Positions 45,575 to 56,053 of a DNA stretch of 56,873 bases are shown piece after piece (position 1 is the first letter of the stretch; every line of letters starts with the position of its first letter). The stretch covers positions 1 to 56,873 of the forward strand of contig JBBQDQ010000004.1 in NCBI GenBank assembly GCA_038319835.1. The letters are read 5' to 3'. Source of the DNA: Thermoanaerobaculia bacterium. Its GTDB lineage: Bacteria > Acidobacteriota > Thermoanaerobaculia > UBA5066. Below the pieces are notes generated by a model. That model was given only the letters and a program-made list of their open reading frames with translations, was not told the origin of the DNA and made no database searches. Made by a program: the position numbers and the translations under genes.

Positions 45575-46324
45575 ATGGGCCTCCGCCGGCTCGTCGTCGC
45601 GAACTGGAAGATGTCCCTCACCCCGTCGGCGTCCGTCGCGCTCGCGGGCCGGATCGCGGAGGCGGGCGTCCCCGCGGGTGTCGACGCCGCGCTTGCCCCG
45701 TCCTTCGGAGCGCTCGAAGGCGTGGGCCGGAGTCTTTCGGGCGGCGCCCTCCGGCTCGCGGCCCAGGACGTCTCGCCCGAAACGCAGGGCGCGTTCACGG
45801 GCGAGGTCTCGGCGGCGAGCCTCGCCGAGCTCGGCGTTGCGCTGGGCATCGTCGGCCACAGTGAGCGGCGGCAGCGCCACGGCGAGGCAGGCGCCCTCCT
45901 CTCACGCAAGCTCGAGAGGCTCGTCGAGAACGGGATCACGCCGCTCTACTGCGTCGGGGAGACGCGCGCCGAGCGCGACGCAGGCCGGACGGCCGCGGTC
46001 CTGACCGCGCAGCTCGACGCGCTTGCCGTCTTCCGGACGCCGCCGCCAGGCTTCGCCCTCGCCTACGAGCCGGTCTGGGCGATCGGGACGGGCCTTGCGG
46101 CGACGCCCGAGATGGCCGCCGAGACCCACGCAGCCCTCCGGAAGGCCCTCGCCGGCCGCTGGGGTTCGGGGGCCGCCGCCTCGATCCGGATCCTCTACGG
46201 CGGGTCCGTCACGCCGGCCAACGCGGCCGCTCTATTTGCCCAGCCCGGCGTGGACGGGGGCCTCGTGGGCGGAGCCTCGCTGGAGGCGGCCGGGTTCGGG
46301 GCGATCCTCGAAGCCGCCGGCTGA
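45575..46324 (+). CDS. tpiA: Triosephosphate isomerase
   Basis: 'VVANWKM', 'IVGHSERR', 'AYEPVWAIGTG', 'ILYGGSV'. Confidence 0.95.
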   Translation: MGLRRLVVANWKMSLTPSASVALAGRIAEAGVPAGVDAALAPSFGALEGVGRSLSGGALRLAAQDVSPETQGAFTGEVSAASLAELGVALGIVGHSERRQRHGEAGALLSRKLERLVENGITPLYCVGETRAERDAGRTAAVLTAQLDALAVFRTPPPGFALAYEPVWAIGTGLAATPEMAAETHAALRKALAGRWGSGAAASIRILYGGSVTPANAAALFAQPGVDGGLVGGASLEAAGFGAILEAAG

Positions 46325-46446
46325 GGCACCGGGGCCCGCGAGGCGCCCCGAAAACACCAAAGGTCGCGTCCGGCCAGCGTTTCCGCTATCATCTGCGGCC
46401 CGCCAATCTCGTCCGCGAGTTGAGTGGCGGGTCCGGAGTTCACCGC

Positions 46447-46812
46447 ATGTGGCTGTACGTTCTCGTCCCGATCTACGTGATCGTCTGCGTGTTCCTGATC
46501 CTCGTCGTCCTGCTCCAGCAGGGAAAGGGTGCGGACGTGTCTGCGGCCTTCGGGGCCTCGTCCTCGCAGACGACCTTCGGCGCCCGCGGCGCGACGACGC
46601 TCCTCGAGAAGATCACGACCTGGTCTTTCGTGGCGTTTTCGGTCCTCGCGGTCACGATCTCCCTGATCCAGGCGCGGCGCCCCGGCTCCGTGCTCGCCCG
46701 GACGGCGAAGACGGCGCCCGCGAAGGCCTCCGTCCCCGCCTCCCCGGCGCCCGTGACCGCGCTGCCGTCGGCTCCGGTTTCCCAGGCCCCCGCGGCCCCT
46801 GCAACGAAGTAG
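46447..46812 (+). CDS. secG: Preprotein translocase subunit SecG (with an Ala/Pro-rich C-terminal extension)
   Basis: ATG 46447 with GGAG 9 nt upstream. 'VIVCVFLILVVLLQQGKGADVSAAFG..SQTTFGARG', then a second TM helix. Followed by tRNA-Leu, as in many bacteria. Confidence 0.8.
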   Translation: MWLYVLVPIYVIVCVFLILVVLLQQGKGADVSAAFGASSSQTTFGARGATTLLEKITTWSFVAFSVLAVTISLIQARRPGSVLARTAKTAPAKASVPASPAPVTALPSAPVSQAPAAPATK

Positions 46813-46845
46813 AGATCGGTTAAGATCCCCCTCCCTCGCGAGGGT

Positions 46846-46930
<85 letters not shown>

Positions 46931-46947
46931 TTCCTTCCCTCCTTCCC

Positions 46948-47565
46948 TTAGCGCGGCGACGTCCCGGCCGGCCCCTTCACGGTAAGGACGACCTCGACGT
47001 CGATCGTCAGGCTCGGCGTCGCGAAGAGGTGAAGCGTCGTCTCCGGATTGTCCGAGTCGACGACCGGGGACGTCGTGACCCGGAACCCCGTGTGGTTGTT
47101 GTCCGGCGGCTGCGGGTTGGAGGAGCCGGACCAGTCAGCCTTCAAGGAGGCCACCTTCCAGCCATTCTTGAGCCGCAGGCCCTTCCAGAACTCGAAGTCG
47201 GCCTTGAGCCCGGTGGGCGGCACCAGCGGGCAGTGAATCTGGACGAACGTCTGGCGCCCCTGGTCAGACGAGTCGATCTTGGTCTCGCACGCGGAGGGAG
47301 CGGATTGCTTCCTGGTCACGAGCTCCCCGGTTTTGACGTCGAGGTGTCGCACGTCCTGCGGGACCGGCGTCGGGGTCGGGGTACGCGTCGGCACGGGTGT
47401 GCGCGTCGGCGGCAGTTCCTTCGGGCCGTGATTCGGGAACTCCTTGGGTTGGAAGCCCGGCGTCGGCGAGACGATCGGAACCGGCGTCTTGAAGTGGGTC
47501 TGGCCCGGGGCGGGCAGCGCCACGAGAGCCGCGGCGGCGAGTGTGAGGCGGCAGAGTCGCGTCAT
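46948..47565 (-). CDS. Secreted hypothetical protein with a Pro/Thr-rich linker
   Basis: ATG 47565 with AAGGAGAA upstream. Signal peptide MTRLCRLTLAAAALVALPAPGQ. Linker 'PPTRTPVPTRTPTPTPVP'. ~130-aa C-terminal domain with two Cys. No family recognised. Confidence 0.7.
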   Translation of the reverse strand: MTRLCRLTLAAAALVALPAPGQTHFKTPVPIVSPTPGFQPKEFPNHGPKELPPTRTPVPTRTPTPTPVPQDVRHLDVKTGELVTRKQSAPSACETKIDSSDQGRQTFVQIHCPLVPPTGLKADFEFWKGLRLKNGWKVASLKADWSGSSNPQPPDNNHTGFRVTTSPVVDSDNPETTLHLFATPSLTIDVEVVLTVKGPAGTSPR

Positions 47566-47627
47566 GGGGTTCTCCTTCAGGGGAGAACGCGCAGCCGCGC
47601 GCCGGCGGGGGTCAGGTCTCGGGCGGA

Positions 47628-48455
47628 CTACTTGCGGACGGCCGTGGAATCAGCCACGAAGAGGCGGACGTCGCCGTTCACGGTCTCGACCGCGAGGCTC
47701 TCCTTGCCCCCATTGATCGAGCCGTGGGCCTCCTTCGGGCCCCACTTGCCCTCGATCGTGACGGGAAACTCGGACTGGATCCGCCCGTTCGTCGTCTGGA
47801 GCGCGCAGCGGATGGAGGAGTCCTTCGCGCACGTGACGGTCACGGAGCCGTTGACGGTCTCGAGGCTAGCCTGCCGCATCGCGCTCGCGAACGAGACCTC
47901 CACGGACCCGTTCACCGTGTTCACCTTGAGCGGGCCGTCTTGCCCCTCGACCTTGACCGTGCCATTCACCGTCGAAAGGACGAGATCGCCGGTGCGTTTC
48001 GACGCGCCGATCTTCCCGTTCACGGTCTCGGCCTCGACGGCGACGGCGGCCGGCAGCGTGACCTGGTAGGAGACCTCGGCCGCGCCCGCCCGCCCGAAGA
48101 ACGACCACTGGAAGAACCGCCCGTGCTTCGGAAGGATCGTCTCGATCTCGATCGACGAGCCCGTCTTCGTGACACGGATTTCGGTCTCCTTGAGAAGGTC
48201 GGCGTCGGAGGCGCGCCGGACCGTCTTGACGGCCAGGACCTTCAGATGCTCGCCGCCGCTCTCGATGGACACGGGACCGTTCACGTTCTGAAGGCGCACC
48301 TTCCGGACGCCCGTCAGCTCGTACGTCTTCTCGAAACGCTCTTCCTTCGCATCTTCGGCGCGCACTCCGGTGGCGGCAGCCGTGACGAGAGCGACCGCGA
48401 GGGCGCCCCCCAAGCGGGCGAGGCGGACGGGTCGGGTTCTGGTCGTGGCGTTCAT
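47628..48455 (-). CDS. DUF4097-like beta-strand-repeat protein (putative adhesin fold), secreted
   Basis: ATG 48455 with GAGGGAG upstream. Signal peptide ..ALAVALVTAAATGVRA. Repeated strands: ETVNGKIGAS, STVNGTVKVE, NTVNGSVEVS, ETVNGSVTVT, QTTNGRIQSE, ETVNGDVRLF. Confidence 0.8.
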   Translation of the reverse strand: MNATTRTRPVRLARLGGALAVALVTAAATGVRAEDAKEERFEKTYELTGVRKVRLQNVNGPVSIESGGEHLKVLAVKTVRRASDADLLKETEIRVTKTGSSIEIETILPKHGRFFQWSFFGRAGAAEVSYQVTLPAAVAVEAETVNGKIGASKRTGDLVLSTVNGTVKVEGQDGPLKVNTVNGSVEVSFASAMRQASLETVNGSVTVTCAKDSSIRCALQTTNGRIQSEFPVTIEGKWGPKEAHGSINGGKESLAVETVNGDVRLFVADSTAVRK

Positions 48456-48510
48456 GGCGGCTCCCTCAAAGAGAACGAGCGATCGGCTGGAAAGGTTTCG
48501 GCTTTGGCCG

Positions 48511-48894
48511 TCACGCCTCGACGAGCGTCGTCCCGGCCAGTTTGTCGCCCGGCCTGCGGCCGTCCCGGCGACGAATAACCGACGCAATTTCAACGAGATT
48601 CCAGCCCGGGACGAGGAGCGTCAGGTTGCGGACGAGGGACGCCACCGCCCCCGAGGGCGATCCGCCCGGCCGAACGAGGCGCAGGCCGAAGAGCTTCTTG
48701 CCCGGGCTCCCGCCGGCCCCGTCCCGGAACAGAAACAGGAGGCCCGCGAGGACCTGCGCTGCCCGGAACCCCTCGTCGAGGCCCACCGGCGCCTGCTCGG
48801 AGACGGCCGCGATGCCGAAGACGATCGCGGACGCGACGAGGAGCGGCCCCCCCGCGACGAGGAGCAGGTCGACGCCGAAGGCGGCCGCGCGCAT
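48511..48894 (-). CDS. RDD-family membrane protein
   Basis: ATG 48894 within ORF 48511..50316. 'RLWMRAAAFGVDLLLV' (the first residues lie upstream of the chosen ATG, so the start is uncertain). Two or three TM helices. 'RRRDGRRPGDKLAGTTLV' is a typical RDD C-terminus. Confidence 0.65.
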   Translation of the reverse strand: MRAAAFGVDLLLVAGGPLLVASAIVFGIAAVSEQAPVGLDEGFRAAQVLAGLLFLFRDGAGGSPGKKLFGLRLVRPGGSPSGAVASLVRNLTLLVPGWNLVEIASVIRRRDGRRPGDKLAGTTLVEA

Positions 48895-48966
48895 CCAGAG
48901 GCGTCCGCGCGGCGGAGCGCCGAGCGGTACGGGGCCCGTCTCGAAGACGCCGTAGGATGCGTCCGC

Positions 48967-49962
48967 GTGAGGGTCGCTCCGTCCGCTGCCCGTTTTCTCC
49001 GCCGTTTCGCCACCGCGCCCGCTGTCGAGCTCCACCTGCACCTCGAGGGCGCGGTCTCGCCGCCGGCGCTCGTGCGCCTGTCGTCCCGGACGCCCGAGCC
49101 CATTTTCCCGGATGTCGCCTCCGTGCGCGCGCGCCGGCTCCGCCTCGGCTCCCCGGAGGCGTTCCTCGGGTTCTACCGCGACGTCTGCCGGCAGATCAGC
49201 TCGGCCGCCGACTACGCGCTCGTCGCGCGCTCCCTCACCGCACGCCTCGCGAAAGAGCGGATCCGGCACGCCGAGGTCTACGTGTCGCCGGCCGTCGCCG
49301 AAAGGCTCGGACTCGACTGGTACGACGTGCGCGAGGTGCTCGAAAACGTCTTTGCGGCTCACGAGGCCGCGGGGCGCGGGCGCATCGTCGTCCTTCTCGA
49401 CGTCGTGCGGCACTGGGGCCCCGCCTCCGCCCGGCGCGTGCTCGACCTCCACGCGAAGAGCCCGTGGCGGCGCGCCGCGGGATTCGGCCTCGGAGGAGAG
49501 GAGGCGGCCTTCCCGGCCCGCGACTTCACGGAGGCTTTCCGCCGCGCCCGCCGCCTCGGGCTGATGCCCGTCGCCCACGCGGGCGAGTGGGCGGGTCCGG
49601 ACTCCGTCGCCGAGACGCTGGAGGCCCTTCGGCCCGTGCGCCTCGCCCACGGGATCCGCGCGGCGGAAGATCCGGCGCTGCTCCGCCTCCTCGCGCGGCG
49701 CGGCATCGTTTGCGACGTCTGCCCGACGTCGAACCTCGCGACGGGCGCCGTCGCCGCCGGCGCCGCGCATCCCGTGCGCGCGCTCCTCGCGGCGGGCGTG
49801 CCCGTCACGCTGTCGACGGACGACCCCGGGCTCTTCGGGACGACGCTGTGGAAGGAGTTCCGCCGCGTCGCGGGGTGGGGCGCAACGGGCGTTGAGCTCC
49901 TCGCGTGCGCGCGGACGGCCCGTCAGGCGGCCGCCAGGACTCTCTCGTACAGCGCAAGGTAA
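48967..49962 (+). CDS. Adenosine/AMP-deaminase-family metal-dependent hydrolase
   Basis: In ORF 48370..49962, starting at GTG 48967 (uncertain). 'VELHLHLEGAV', 'VAHAGEW', 'HGIRA', 'TLSTDDPGLFG'. Confidence 0.75.
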   Translation: MRVAPSAARFLRRFATAPAVELHLHLEGAVSPPALVRLSSRTPEPIFPDVASVRARRLRLGSPEAFLGFYRDVCRQISSAADYALVARSLTARLAKERIRHAEVYVSPAVAERLGLDWYDVREVLENVFAAHEAAGRGRIVVLLDVVRHWGPASARRVLDLHAKSPWRRAAGFGLGGEEAAFPARDFTEAFRRARRLGLMPVAHAGEWAGPDSVAETLEALRPVRLAHGIRAAEDPALLRLLARRGIVCDVCPTSNLATGAVAAGAAHPVRALLAAGVPVTLSTDDPGLFGTTLWKEFRRVAGWGATGVELLACARTARQAAARTLSYSAR

Positions 49963-51044
49963 CGCGAGACGATCGCGTCGGCGTTGAAGCGATCGACGGC
50001 GCGGGCCCGGGCGGCTTTCGCCATCGCCCGGTAGCGCGCGTCGTCGAGGAGGAGCGAAACCCCGTCCGCGGCGAGGCCGTCGACGTCGCCGACCGCGCGC
50101 AGGAATCCGGTCTCGCCGTCCGCGACGACTTCGGGGAGCCCGCCGACCGCGTAGCCGAGCACGGGCACGCCGCACGCCTGCGCTTCGAGGGCGGACAGGC
50201 CGAACGACTCGGAATCCGTCGGGAGGAGGTAGAGGTCCGCCGACGGCATGAGGGCCTCGACGGCCGGCATGTTCCCGAGGAACGACACCTGGCCCTGGAG
50301 CCCCTTCTCGCGGCAAAGCGCTTCGGCCGCCGGCCGGTCGGGGCCGTCGCCGACCATCACGAGCGTCGCCGGGACACGCTTCTGGACGCGGTCGAAGATC
50401 TCGACGACGTCCCGCACGCGCTTGACCGGCCGGAAGTTCGAGACGTGCATGAGGACGCGGCGCCCCGCCGGGACGAACCGGCAGGAGAGCTGCGGTGACT
50501 CCGGCGAGAACCGCGCCGGATCGATGAAGTTCGGGATGACGACGATGTCCTTCTTCGGCTGAAAGACGTCGATCGTGACCTGCCGGAGATGTTCGGACAC
50601 CGCCGTGACCGCGTCGGACTTCTCGATCCCGAAGCGCGTGATCGGAAGGTACGACCGGTCCTGACCGACGATCGTGACGTCCGTCCCGTGGAGCGTCGTG
50701 ACGAGGCCGAGACGGATCGGCGCGAGCATCTCGCGCGCGAGGTGCGCCGAGATCGCGTGCGGGAGCGCGTAGTGGACGTGGATGAGGTCGAGCTTCTCGT
50801 GCGTCGCGACGTCGCCCATTCGCGTCGCGAGCGCGAGATCGTAGGGCGCGTACTGGAAGAGGGGATACGACGGGACCGTGACCTCGTGGTACGTCACCCG
50901 GTCCGCGAAGACGTTCAGCCGGGAGGGCATCGCGTACGTGATGAAGTGGACGTCGTGGCCGCGGCGCGCGAGCTCGTGGCCGAGCTCCGTCGCGACGACG
51001 CCCGAGCCGCCGAACGTCGGATAGCAGGTGATCCCGATCTTCAC
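49923..51044 (-). CDS. bshA: N-acetyl-alpha-D-glucosaminyl L-malate synthase (bacillithiol biosynthesis GT4)
   Basis: GTG 51044 overlaps the bshB stop (GTGA). 'KIGITCYPTFGGSGVVATELGHELARRGHDVHFIT', 'PYDLALATRM', 'HVHYALPHA', 'VTTLHGTDVT', 'SESFGLSALEAQACGVPV'. Near-collinear with Bacillus BshA as I remember it. Confidence 0.9.
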   Translation of the reverse strand: MKIGITCYPTFGGSGVVATELGHELARRGHDVHFITYAMPSRLNVFADRVTYHEVTVPSYPLFQYAPYDLALATRMGDVATHEKLDLIHVHYALPHAISAHLAREMLAPIRLGLVTTLHGTDVTIVGQDRSYLPITRFGIEKSDAVTAVSEHLRQVTIDVFQPKKDIVVIPNFIDPARFSPESPQLSCRFVPAGRRVLMHVSNFRPVKRVRDVVEIFDRVQKRVPATLVMVGDGPDRPAAEALCREKGLQGQVSFLGNMPAVEALMPSADLYLLPTDSESFGLSALEAQACGVPVLGYAVGGLPEVVADGETGFLRAVGDVDGLAADGVSLLLDDARYRAMAKAARARAVDRFNADAIVSRYLALYERVLAAA

Positions 51045-51784
51045 GGTTTTCCCCCCTCGTACCCGAGGAACGCGGCCGCGGGATCCGCGAGCGTCGGCGG
51101 CGCCTTGGAGACGAAGCCCTCCGCGAAGGCGACGTTCGCGATCCGCCCGTAGGCGCGTGCGCGCGCCTCCACGCCGTCCCAGAACGACTTCGACGAGACG
51201 TACGTCTCCGGTTCGGCGGAATCGGGAGCGTGGAACTGGCTCCGGTAGGCCTCCAGCGCGGAGCGTTTCGTCTCGAAGGTCGCCGAGCAGTCCACGAGAA
51301 ACGTCGGCTGGAGGAGCGCGTACGCCGCGTAGAACACGACCTGGTCGGGCCGGTGCGGCGGCATGCCCGTCTCGAGCTTCGCGAGCCCCGCGTACCACGC
51401 AGCCTCGGCGACGAGGCGGCCTCCGCGCTCGTGGTCCGGGTGGCGGTCCTCCGTCCACGGCGCGAGGACGATCCGGGGCCGCGCGCGGCGGACGGCTTCG
51501 ACCACGAGAAGCTGCGCGGCCCGGTCCGTCCGAAGGTCCCCGTCGCCGAGGTCGAGGTTCGCCCTGAAGCGCGCGCCGAGAAGCCGCCCGGCTTCCGCCG
51601 CTTCGGACGCGCGCTTTTCCGGTGTCCCGCGCGTGGCCATCTCCCCGCGCGTGAGGTCGACGATTCCGACTCCGCGTCCGCGGCCCGCGAGGGACGCGAG
51701 CGTCCCGCCGCAGCCGAGCTCGACGTCGTCCGGATGGGGACCGAAGGCGAGGACGTCCACGGGAACGGCGTGGGAAACGCTCAC
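51041..51784 (-). CDS. bshB: PIG-L/LmbE-family deacetylase, bacillithiol BshB1-like
   Basis: GTG 51784 overlaps the bshC stop (GTGA). 'VLAFGPHPDDVELGCGGTLA', 'DRHPDHERGG'. Confidence 0.85.
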   Translation of the reverse strand: MSVSHAVPVDVLAFGPHPDDVELGCGGTLASLAGRGRGVGIVDLTRGEMATRGTPEKRASEAAEAGRLLGARFRANLDLGDGDLRTDRAAQLLVVEAVRRARPRIVLAPWTEDRHPDHERGGRLVAEAAWYAGLAKLETGMPPHRPDQVVFYAAYALLQPTFLVDCSATFETKRSALEAYRSQFHAPDSAEPETYVSSKSFWDGVEARARAYGRIANVAFAEGFVSKAPPTLADPAAAFLGYEGGKP

Positions 51785-53346
51785 AGCGGGATCTCCTGGA
51801 GGCCAGGCTCGTCCCACCTGAGGTCTCGGCGGAGCGCGCCGACGACGACGTCTCTCCCCAGCTTCAGCACGTACGGCAGGACCGGGTACAGCCGCTCGGC
51901 GAGCTGGCCGTCCGGCAGGAGCTCCGCCGTGAGCCGCCGGACCTGCTGCGTGACGAGCGCGTCGGCCCGGCCGGCGGCGCCCTGGGTCTTCTCGACGAGC
52001 TTTTCGAACGAGAACGCGAGCTTCTCCCGGGTGGCCGCGACGGCACGGTCGAGCGAGGCGTCCACCGCGACGAGGTCGGGCCGCGCCGCGTCGAGCTCCG
52101 CGAGCGCACGTTCCGGGATGGACGCGACGCGCGCGAGGAGCGCGTGCGCCGAGCCCGCTCCCTTCTTCCGGAGGATCGCCTCCTCGCCCTCGAGGACGTC
52201 GAGAAGCGTGACGTCGAGCTTCGCGAGGAGGCGTCGCGCGGCCGTCGTCTCGAGCGCGACGAACGGTCGCAGGAGTACGGCGGGCGGGACGATCCCGGCC
52301 CATGCGAACAGCGGCCACGCCTGCGCCCAGTAGGCGACCTCCGCGGGGCCGAGCACCGTGGCACCCACCGGGTAGAGGACCGAGGCCGCAAGCGGGCGCG
52401 TGAGCGCGGAGAACGACGGCAGCCATTCGCCGGACTCCAGCCGCGCGACGACGTCCTCCGGGGCGAAGCTCCCCTCGCGCCCCTTGAGCGCGAGACGTCC
52501 GCCCTCTTCCACGACGAGAAGCCGCTCGCCGCCGCTCCGGACGAAGAGCGGCAGGGCGGCGGCGTCCGTCTTCACCTGGAGCGGGTGCCCGGCCTTCGCG
52601 AGCGCGGCGTTCCGCGTCTCGAGGAGCTCGTGCACGTCGCGCCGCTCCTTCACGAGGCGCACGGCGAGCGGAACGAGCGCCGGTTTGTCGGCGGCGGCCG
52701 CCGCGTCCACGAGAGGCATCTCCCCGCCGAGGAGCCAGTCGAGCGTCTTCGCGAACGCGCCGCGGTACGTCGCGCCCGTGTACGCCTCGCGGAGCGTCGC
52801 GAGCGCCTCCTCGTCCGGCGGGCCGCCAAGGCTCGCGGCGGCCGCGGCAAGGATCGCGCCCGTTTCCACCGCGACCGGCAGGTCTCCGACGGGCCTGCGG
52901 TTCGCGGCGAGAGCTTCGGGGTTCGGGCCGAAGTCGCGCGGCCCTTCGGGCGTCGGGAGGACGACGCGCGTGACCTCCACGAGGTCGTGGTCCTCCGAGG
53001 CGCACCAGAAGGCGGCCGCGGCCGGCACGCCCGCGGCCGTAAGGTCCGCAGCGATCTTCCCGGCGGCGACGGCTTTCACGAGCGTGAGATGCGGCCCGCC
53101 GAAGAGTCCCACCTGCTGACCCGTGAGGACGGCGGCGTGCTCTCCGCGCGCGAGAACGGCGAGGCGGGCGTCGCTGTCCACCGGAACCGTTCGCGGGCGG
53201 AACGCGCGCCGCGCGGCGTCCGCCTGCGCGGCGACGTCGGCAAGCGACCCGACGCGAGGCAGGAATTCCGTGACGTCGGGCGTGCCCGTGGCGAGGCCGC
53301 GCGCGAGAGCCGCGATCCCCGGAACGCGCTCGAGCGGGATCGTCAT
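51781..53346 (-). CDS. bshC: Bacillithiol biosynthesis cysteine-adding enzyme
   Basis: 521 aa. 'AAVLTGQQVGLFGGPHLTLVKAVAA' is the BshC (YllA) signature. 'FWCASEDHD'. The ATG overlaps the methyltransferase stop (ATGA). Confidence 0.85.
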   Translation of the reverse strand: MTIPLERVPGIAALARGLATGTPDVTEFLPRVGSLADVAAQADAARRAFRPRTVPVDSDARLAVLARGEHAAVLTGQQVGLFGGPHLTLVKAVAAGKIAADLTAAGVPAAAAFWCASEDHDLVEVTRVVLPTPEGPRDFGPNPEALAANRRPVGDLPVAVETGAILAAAAASLGGPPDEEALATLREAYTGATYRGAFAKTLDWLLGGEMPLVDAAAAADKPALVPLAVRLVKERRDVHELLETRNAALAKAGHPLQVKTDAAALPLFVRSGGERLLVVEEGGRLALKGREGSFAPEDVVARLESGEWLPSFSALTRPLAASVLYPVGATVLGPAEVAYWAQAWPLFAWAGIVPPAVLLRPFVALETTAARRLLAKLDVTLLDVLEGEEAILRKKGAGSAHALLARVASIPERALAELDAARPDLVAVDASLDRAVAATREKLAFSFEKLVEKTQGAAGRADALVTQQVRRLTAELLPDGQLAERLYPVLPYVLKLGRDVVVGALRRDLRWDEPGLQEIPL

Positions 53347-54131
53347 CGCCCCGCCGCTCCGAAGGCCTTCGTCGACGGCTTCGAGGCGAGAAGGACGAGC
53401 CGCGGCGAGCGGCGGCCGTCGAACGCCGAGCCGTCGAAATCACCCCACGCGCCGAGGATCGTGAGGCCGGCCGCGCGGAGGCGCCCGCGCAGCTCGTGCT
53501 CGGTCAGCGCGCGCGCACGTTGCGCGTAAACGCGTTTTTCTGCACCGGTTCCGAGCTCGATCTCCTTCTCGAGCATGCGCTGCGCGGGATCGTAGCGCCG
53601 CCGGATCACGACGCGCGTTCCCGCGATCAGCTTCTCCTCGCGCTCGGCGAGGCTCGAGACGACGCGTTCGGCGTTGAAGACGGAGGTGAGGAGCGCGCCG
53701 CCCGGCGCGAGGATGCGCGCGATCTCGCACGCGGCCCCCGCGTCGTTCGCGGGATCGCTCGTGCGACCGAACGCGCCCGAGAAGCTCACCGCGGCTCCCA
53801 CGCTCCGTGCGGCCAACGGAAGCCGCTCGGTGCGAGCACAGAACGCCCCGGGCCTCGAACGCACGTCGCGACGCCGCGCGGACGCGACGAGGCGCAGCGA
53901 CGCGTCGACTCCCGCGGTGGCTCCCAGTCCGTCCTCGAGGGCCGCGGTCCTTCGGCCCGTGCCGCAGCCGAGGTCGAGGAACCGGAGCCGCCCGGCCTTC
54001 GTGAACGGCGCGAGGACCTCCCGGGCGAACACGGCCTGCGTCCGCGCTTCGCGCTCTTCGCGTTCCGGATAGAGCGCGAGGTAAGGCTCCCCGAACCAGT
54101 GCTCCCACCAGGGATCGCGGTCCTCGGTCAC
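53343..54131 (-). CDS. Class I SAM-dependent methyltransferase (candidate bacillithiol N-methyltransferase)
   Basis: GTG 54131. Motif I 'RFLDLGCGTGRRT', post-I 'GVDAS', 'ILAPGGALL'. First gene of the bshC-bshB-bshA string. Confidence 0.8.
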   Translation of the reverse strand: MTEDRDPWWEHWFGEPYLALYPEREEREARTQAVFAREVLAPFTKAGRLRFLDLGCGTGRRTAALEDGLGATAGVDASLRLVASARRRDVRSRPGAFCARTERLPLAARSVGAAVSFSGAFGRTSDPANDAGAACEIARILAPGGALLTSVFNAERVVSSLAEREEKLIAGTRVVIRRRYDPAQRMLEKEIELGTGAEKRVYAQRARALTEHELRGRLRAAGLTILGAWGDFDGSAFDGRRSPRLVLLASKPSTKAFGAAGR

Positions 54132-54183
54132 GCCGCCACCGGCTCCGATGATAGGCGGATCTCCAGGTCCGGGCGCTCCGCCG

Positions 54184-54588
54184 TCAGGAGGCGGCGACCG
54201 TAAGCCGCGCGTCGGCGAACCGCGCGTCGGCGTTGGCGGCGTCGAGCTGCTCGTCCCCGACCACGTCCGTGCGGCGCGCCTCGGCCGCCGCTTTCTCCTG
54301 CGCGGCCTTCCCCGCGTCGATCGCGTCCTTCGCCACGGCCTCGTCCGCGAGGACGCGCACGGCGTCGTTCGCGATCTCGGCGAAGCCGCCGCGCACGGCC
54401 ACGGAGGTCTTCTTCGGCCCGTCGCGGTACGTCACGAGGCCGATCCCGAGGAGCGCGATGAGCGGCGTGTGCCCGGGCAGGATCCCGAGCTCCCCCTCGA
54501 GCCCCGGAAGGGTCACCTCGTCGCAGGCGACGCCCGGCACGACGGCGCGCTCCGGAGTCACGACGGTCAGGGTGAGGCGTCCGTCCAC
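54184..54588 (-). CDS. atpC: F1 ATP synthase epsilon subunit
   Basis: GTG 54588, 4 nt after atpD. 'LTVVTPERAV..VTLPGLEGELGILPGHTPLI', followed by a helical C-terminus. Confidence 0.9.
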   Translation of the reverse strand: MDGRLTLTVVTPERAVVPGVACDEVTLPGLEGELGILPGHTPLIALLGIGLVTYRDGPKKTSVAVRGGFAEIANDAVRVLADEAVAKDAIDAGKAAQEKAAAEARRTDVVGDEQLDAANADARFADARLTVAAS

Positions 54589-54592
54589 GACG

Positions 54593-56053
<1,461 letters not shown>

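Noticed and set aside
46931-46949. 19-nt polypyrimidine tract (ttccttccctccttccctt) immediately after the tRNA CCA end.
   Set aside because: It is striking in GC-rich DNA, but it is short, unique in the window and without a pairing partner. I cannot attach a function beyond a spacer between the tRNA and the convergent gene stop.
47353-47412. Apparent short tandem repeats in DNA (ccgacgcg../acccc.. units).
   Set aside because: They simply encode the Pro/Thr-rich linker (PTRTPVPTRTPTPTPVP) of the secreted protein. This is not an independent repeat element.
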